Positions 57,720 through 64,000 of a DNA stretch of 64,000 nucleotides are shown piece by piece. Every line of letters begins with the position of its first letter. Positions within the stretch are counted from its first letter, which is position 1. The DNA lies in assembly GCF_006345805.1 (NCBI RefSeq), contig NC_043001.1, positions 85,436,001 through 85,500,000 of the forward strand, read 5' to 3'. The position numbers were made by a program, and so were the translations under genes. The notes under the pieces were generated by a model. The model was not told where the DNA came from. It was given only the letters and a program-made list of their open reading frames with translations, and did no database searches. This stretch comes from Octopus sinensis (Eukaryota).

Positions 57720-58968
57720 CAGTGTGTCCTCAAATCCATGCGCATTTTAACAGCTGATAACTCAGTTTCTATTTCTATTTAAATTGACCTCACAGCGATT
57801 ATTAAAAGAACCCAGACTAAGCTTAATCAAAGAGAAATAGTCCTGAAGTGCTACTGCAAGGTCGACAACGCTGTCGAAATGCAATGACATTTGAGGGAAT
57901 ATTTTTAATCAAATCGACATCCACTACATATCATCTCTAGAATTAGAGCTAAGTTGGTAGTCGATGGAATTGTTCAGAATGCGTTTCAGAAGACTACAGA
58001 TAACGGAGGAACATCACTTTAGCTAATCAGAAATTACATTGTGATGCGGTTTATTATGAAAAGTAATAATTCGACTATTTTCTGACGGTTGTGTAACTGA
58101 TGCGATTAACTTTATTTTTCTGCGTCAATATATCATGCCAGGCATTAATACCATCAAGGTCGGGTAATACACACTATCACAGACATTTTCACAAAGAGTT
58201 AGATTGGTCGACGACGTTCAGTTGATTACTATGTGCATTCACTGTACTTTAAACCATAATATTATTAAATAGAAATAATTAAAAGATAAAGTTTGATACA
58301 GGGCAGGTAACTTCGGAGAATTCAGAGCAGTCACTCAACGAGGATGAGCAAAGATAACAAACGAAATATTTGCTGATGCATTCGAACCTATTGTACACAC
58401 ACAGAAACACACAGAAACACACACACACACACACACACACACAACACACACACACAAATCATCAAGTAGATTCAATTAGATTTTGAAAATGAAATGTATT
58501 TTGATAAACACTAACTTGATAACGATTGAACATGTATACGCATTTATAGGATACCCTGTATTGATATAAAAATATACACACACATACATCTACAAACACA
58601 CACTTACACACACACACAAACGCACACGCACTCAAACACACAAACACAAAGGGAAAATATTATGCAATTATAAAATATTTTATTGAAAAGGGTACGGATT
58701 GTATGCAAGTTGTTTTTTCATTTTTCCCTTTCGTCGAATCAGACATCGAATGCCTTTGCAATTCTGCCAAACTACATGAGAATTCTGGGATTTCTTTTCT
58801 TTCTTTTATTTTGGATTGAGCTGGCAACATTGCTGTGTCCTTTGTATTATTGCTGCACTACGTTTTTATTCACTAAAGCACGATATATATATATATATAT
58901 GTATGTATGTATGTAGGTATATATATGCATGCATATATATATATATATATATGTATATGTATTTATAT

Positions 58969-59037
<69 letters not shown>

Positions 59038-59142
59038 GCACACACAATTATAAGAAATGTAAAACCAGCAGTCGCCTATATGGTTTGTATCATGATATTA
59101 CTATATTGCAGCAGCATATTTTATGATACTGCCTGTAGAAGA

Positions 59143-59168
59143 TAATGATGATAACGACGTTGATGATA

Positions 59169-59200
<32 letters not shown>

Positions 59201-59241
59201 GATGGTAGTGGTTGTAGTAGCTCTAGCAGCAGCCGCAGCAA

Positions 59242-59291
<50 letters not shown>
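59143..59291. repeat. (GAT)n and (TAG)n trinucleotide tracts
   Basis: Directly visible. Confidence 0.95.
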
Positions 59292-59559
59292 ATAGCTGTT
59301 AGTGGTGGTGAATCTTCTTGAGATTTGTGTTGATATAAACATCACTAGCTTTCCCAAATTTTTTTTCTCTCTTTTAGCAGGGTTATATCTGAGACGTTAG
59401 GAAAATTAATCCTGATATTAAAAGTTTACACTGATTTATATATAGTGAAAACATTGTTTCAAAATGCTTATCGTTGGAATTAAGTTTAACCATGAATCAT
59501 ATCTTTCAAATTGCAAATTTTATAACGTCGAATTATCTCAGTAACAGATACTTGAGCGA

Positions 59560-60360
59560 TTTTTGTTTTTCAGTCGGATTTGAATAGGAATCATTACTGT
59601 ATTACTCAGAGAACAGATGGCTATCTTGCAAGAAAATGTTCTGCAGCGAATCGTTCTCTTCGGAAATAAAGTAAAAAAGTTTTAACTTAAATAAAAAAAA
59701 ATAATAATAATACAATTACAGTTAGCCATTATCTTCAAAATTTTTAGATTCCAAGCGAATGCGTCAATTATTAGCTTATCATTTTGAATTTCGTTCTTGA
59801 AGTGAATGATTTAAATATCTTTTTACAAGACTGTGATCAAACAATTCTTCATTTAATGGGGAAAATAAATGTTTTTCAAGTAGAAGCACAAATTGTAAGG
59901 AATCGGAGCAAAGAGAAACTGTAACGTTTTTAGTATCCATCCGACTGAAAGAAGATTACGATGAAAATTTAATGACGTCCAGGATATTATCTCGAGCCAT
60001 CTAGCAAAAATTGATAACAGAATTTAATCACCACATTCGGAAACCAAGAAAAGATTTTGAGAAATAGAATTAGGTGCGAATTGTGTTGAAGATTTGCCTC
60101 AGGGTTTTGCTAATGTTAATAAATTTTACGAACAATTATAGAAAACGAAAACGCGGTGCAAATTTAAAATTTCAATAAAGATATGACAAATATCAGTTCA
60201 ATTAAGTTGAATGTTATAAACAGGAAAAAGAAAACAGAAAGAGTAAGAATATTGCTGCTAAGGCTCTGTTTGAAACCGGATTGATATGTATTTTATCGAT
60301 GATGAATTCTAAACTAAACGACATTCTTAAATTCGTTGAAGGTCAAGTTCCTCATTAAAC
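59560..60360 (+). mobile_element. hAT (Charlie/Buster-like) transposase relic
   Basis: LLYYSENRWLSC at 59594 (compare LLYHTEVRWLS), LEVNDLNIFLQ (compare LNELNLSLQ), DIISSHL; many stops. Confidence 0.6.
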
Positions 60361-61591
60361 TCGATAAATATGCATTTAGTTTCATATAAATAATTTCACA
60401 GCTTTTCTGCAAAGCGAGTATGTGGCGGGGCGTACATAGACATTTCATTGAGACTAAGACTTATTAAGTCATAAAGAAACTATAAATTTTTTTATTAATA
60501 TTTATAAATCATGTTATAAAGTAATCTTCATAAAAACTCCTAAAATTTCATTTATTTTAGTGATATTGAACGAGGTTTTATTAAAACAAATGAAATTATT
60601 AAATGAAGAACTGCGGACCACATTTCAATTATGCTTACAAGATTTATATTATAGATTATAAGGCTTATCAAAATAAACTGCGACGGAGAATAAATTAAAT
60701 TGCCATAATTGCGGAAGCAGCTAGCTATTTTCCTGAGTAGATTCAGTATTTAAGTAATATAATTCCTTTGAAATATTTGCTAATGTTTCGAAGAATACGC
60801 AGAGAAATCATCCACCAATTTACCGTTTTACAATACTAAATTTGCTTTTCTTAATTAATTAAGAAAAGACGGGTGCCTGCTATATTTACTTCTGTAATAA
60901 ATATGCCCAGCTTGTTCATGAAAGATTTTATATACCAGTATTTGGATTGTCGGCATAGAATGATATTCAGCTGTGTTTCTATTCTAAATTTTATTGATCT
61001 GCAAGCCTATGAATGGGATTCAAGGGAAATTGTGGGTACAGTTTCAAATATAGTTTACTATTGATGCAGAAAATCAGTTGATTCCAAAGAAATGCTTATA
61101 ATATGTCTGTTTCAAGTGGTTTATTTTCTCTGCTCAACCACACGACGTGCACTATGTATTTCTTGAGATTGAGGAAAATGTATTATACAAAGACGAGTAA
61201 AGAAAGCGCGTACAAAGTTATTATACAGACGTTAATGTAAAATAATGCCATTAAGCTATTTTTCTTACAGCAATATAATAGCTAATAATGCTTATAGATT
61301 TGTTGGAATAATTATTTAAAACCTAAAGTGGATATGAGTCATTAATACTAATAAATGCGAAATTTTGGCATCCACTCAAGGTTTCCTGAAATATCGTCGG
61401 CCAAAAGACAGGAGAAGGTGTGTTATGTCGGGCTAGACAGGCTTTCAGACGATTGGTAAACCTGAATGATTAAAAACTTCCCTCCACAAATGGTCGGCTG
61501 CTTGATCCCATTTCGTGACATCTTGGACAAATAAATCTTATATAGGCAAGGGCTACCTATATTTTGCACACGAAATAGGGTAGCTGCTATT

Positions 61592-61951
61592 TCTATGTAT
61601 ATAAACGGCAAAATATCTGTGTGTGTGTGTGTGTCCTTTATACAATTCACACGTTTTCAGATATAGGGCTTGCACTTTCTATGATCATTTAAAACCGTCC
61701 AGGGGTGGTCGTGCACATGTTTACATTTCCCTGGGGACCCCGCAAAGCCATTAAAAAATCAATAGAAGTTACTTTTTTGTGAATTTTCTATCCCAAACCC
61801 AATCAGAATGCCCGAAACTTGATACGCCAATTGAATGCCAGCTGTGATTGGTCGGAGATTTGGACAGTACTCGCGTGTATGTGCGCACGCACGCAGCTGT
61901 ATATGCATGCACTAGCACTATGACCTGGCGTTGCCGGGTCATAGTGCTAGT
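61592..61951 (+). mobile_element. Non-autonomous Helitron-like element
   Basis: Starts TCTATGTATATAAA, has an internal (TG)n, and ends in a 19-bp hairpin terminating CTAG|T (61911-61951). Confidence 0.6.
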
Positions 61952-62215
61952 AACTAAATAAAAACCTGTGAGATGTATGTATAAAAAATCCAAAAAGCAC
62001 ACGCTTGTCATATACGGCGTCGCGCCAATTCAACTTGAGAATCATTATGTTAATTGTAAGCATATACGTGGAATATTCAGTCTTATGTGTTATTTCAGGA
62101 GCCGGTCTCTCAGTTCTAGATGTTTGTGGAGCATAATTAATCTCCCTTTCTCTATTTCGTTCTCTACTTAACTCTTCATCTCTTCATATATATTCGTCTC
62201 ATATATATATTTTAA

Positions 62216-62445
62216 GGCGGCGAGCTGGCAGAAACGTTAGCACACCGGGCGAAATGCTTAGCGGTATTGCGTCTGTCGTTGCGTTCTGAGTTCAAATTCC
62301 GCCGAGGTCGACTTTGCCTTTCATCCTTTCGGGGTCGATAAATTAAGTACCAGTTACGCACTGGGGTCGATGTAATCGACTTAATCCGTTTCTCTGTCCT
62401 TGTTTGTCCCCTCTATGTTTAGTCCCTTGTGGGTAATAAAGAAAC
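62216..62445 (+). mobile_element. Young SINE (GGCGG-head family) with 17-bp TSD
   Basis: CATATATATTCGTCTCA at 62185-62201 and 62447-62463. Confidence 0.92.
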
Positions 62446-63259
62446 ACATATATATTCGTCTCAACGTATATATCCTTTATATTTCCCTTTTACTTAATTT
62501 ATCTAACCAATCTAGAAAATCCCATCTCTACAAAATTGTCTCGGACAGTATCCAAGCATTGCGGACTTGTGGTGTTATGTCAATTTGTTGTGCTCATATG
62601 TGGGACAAATCCAGCTATCGGCCGATACCATCATAGGAGCCACCTTCATCATCTTCCTTAACAAGGCGGAGCAGGAAATGCACTTTCTTAGAGTCAAAGA
62701 GGTTCATAGAATAGAGGGCAGACGCTTTCCAAACGCCTTTATTATTCTAATTCCTCTTGGAAAAGGAACTGAGGAATAGTAAGAAAGAGCTCAATTATAG
62801 GAAGGTTGTCAAAAGATGAGAGTCCGTGGCAAAACTGGTCAGGACGAATATACTTTTAGCTAAAACAAGAGTCTGTATCCGTTTTGGTACGGATGATCCT
62901 GAATCAGTGGAGCTCCTTGATTTGTAGTAATTGAAGGCTTTTCTGGGTCTGGAGGACTGCATCAGTCATATATTTACATTTTTGTACATTGTATAATTTT
63001 ATCCCATTTATCCCCATGAATTTCATTCCTTTTTTTTTGTGTGTAGATTCTAAAGTGACACTATAATCTGCTTTCCATTAGATGTTCTTGCAGCAGATAA
63101 CAGAAATCATTATCATCATTATGATCATGATCGTTGTTATCGTCGTCGTCGTCGTAGTCGTCGCCATCGTGGTCGCCAATATCGTTGCCAGCGTCGTCGT
63201 GATATTCCTTATCACCATCACGACAGCGTGATGATAATCATCATTACCATCTTCACCAT

Positions 63260-63302
63260 TCTTCTTCTTCTTCTTCTTCTTCTTAGTATTCGTCTTCTTA
63301 TA

Positions 63303-63333
<31 letters not shown>

Positions 63334-63413
63334 TTCTTCTTCTTCTTCTTCTTCTCCTTCCTCTTCTTCTATAATTATTATTATAAGTAGTTGTAGTAGT
63401 AGTAGTAGTAGTT

Positions 63414-63450
<37 letters not shown>
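63260..63450. repeat. (CTT)n and (TAG)n tracts
   Basis: Directly visible. Confidence 0.95.
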
Positions 63451-63452
<2 letters not shown>

Positions 63453-63499
63453 TCGCTAATTTTAAACCCTATGACTTCATAAGTTGCAATTGATCCTTT

Positions 63500-63900
63500 A
63501 AGCTGTTGATGAGTGTCTCAAAACGTTTCGTATTCCCGTATGTAATCCCTCACTTATGCACATTATCAGTGCTTATGCACGTTCTTTATCAGCATCTGAA
63601 CACGAATATCACATTTTCTACTCGATATTGAAAATAATTATCAGTAAAATTCCATATTGATCGGCGATCTTAATGCTAGAATAGGTAACAAACACCCAGT
63701 GTGGTCAAATGTTATAGGAAAATATGGAACAGGTAGGATAAAAGTGATTTCCAAAATCTTTTGTCTTTTTGTCAGTAATGTTTATAACAATTACAAACCC
63801 ATTAGGCAGATAAATAATCAACTACAAGCATGTTGGTAACTGCTTGAGTATGTCATAACTAAACAGAATGGTTGCAGTGATGTGAGATTAACCAGGCTTC
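63500..63900 (+). mobile_element. RTE-type LINE apurinic-endonuclease fragment
   Basis: MHIISAYA...IGDLNARIG...WSNVIGKYGTG...LLEYVITKQ...DVRLTR match the RTE APE motifs; frameshifted. Confidence 0.75.
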
Positions 63901-64000
63901 ACAAAGCTCTGAAGTGTTACTGAGATCACAGAATGGTTCATAATTAGTTATTTCTTGGTCTCATTATTTTTAGGGAGTAGGTAAGTAATACCTCCTACTA

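Noticed and set aside
62400-62960. ORFs 62400-62636 and 62567-62779 as a gene
   Set aside because: The first begins in a SINE tail and neither has a motif I can recognise; possibly decayed LINE sequence, not supportable.

Overview
AT-rich, microsatellite-dense animal genomic DNA, almost certainly from an octopus (S-crystallin genes, octopus-type SINEs); there are no prokaryotic features. The host genes are two head-to-tail S-crystallin (sigma-class GST-derived lens protein) genes on the minus strand, neither visible as a whole in the ORF track. Gene B is complete: 6 exons, 46795-37346, 215 aa, including a 30-nt micro-exon I located by hand. Gene A shows only exons 1-2 (12343-12211, 4752-4657); its remainder is presumably left of the window. 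Their promoters share a GATAA box at -27/-28, an Inr-like element and an AP-1/MARE-like element. The rest is mostly decayed mobile DNA: Tc1 (DD34E), mariner (DD34D), maT (DD37D), hAT, RTE and other LINE relics, Penelope-like element (PLE) relics, many tRNA-derived SINEs, MITEs and a Helitron-like element. The strongest unexplained signals are (i) a family of type-I hammerhead ribozyme motifs in PLE-type terminal repeats, one with a fully intact core at 16131-16220 and covarying stems between copies, and (ii) two ~810-bp foldback transposons with GG...CC ends, 8-bp TSDs and TTAGGG telomere-like cargo. All alignments, folds and translations were done by eye, and family names rest on motif recognition, not database searches.
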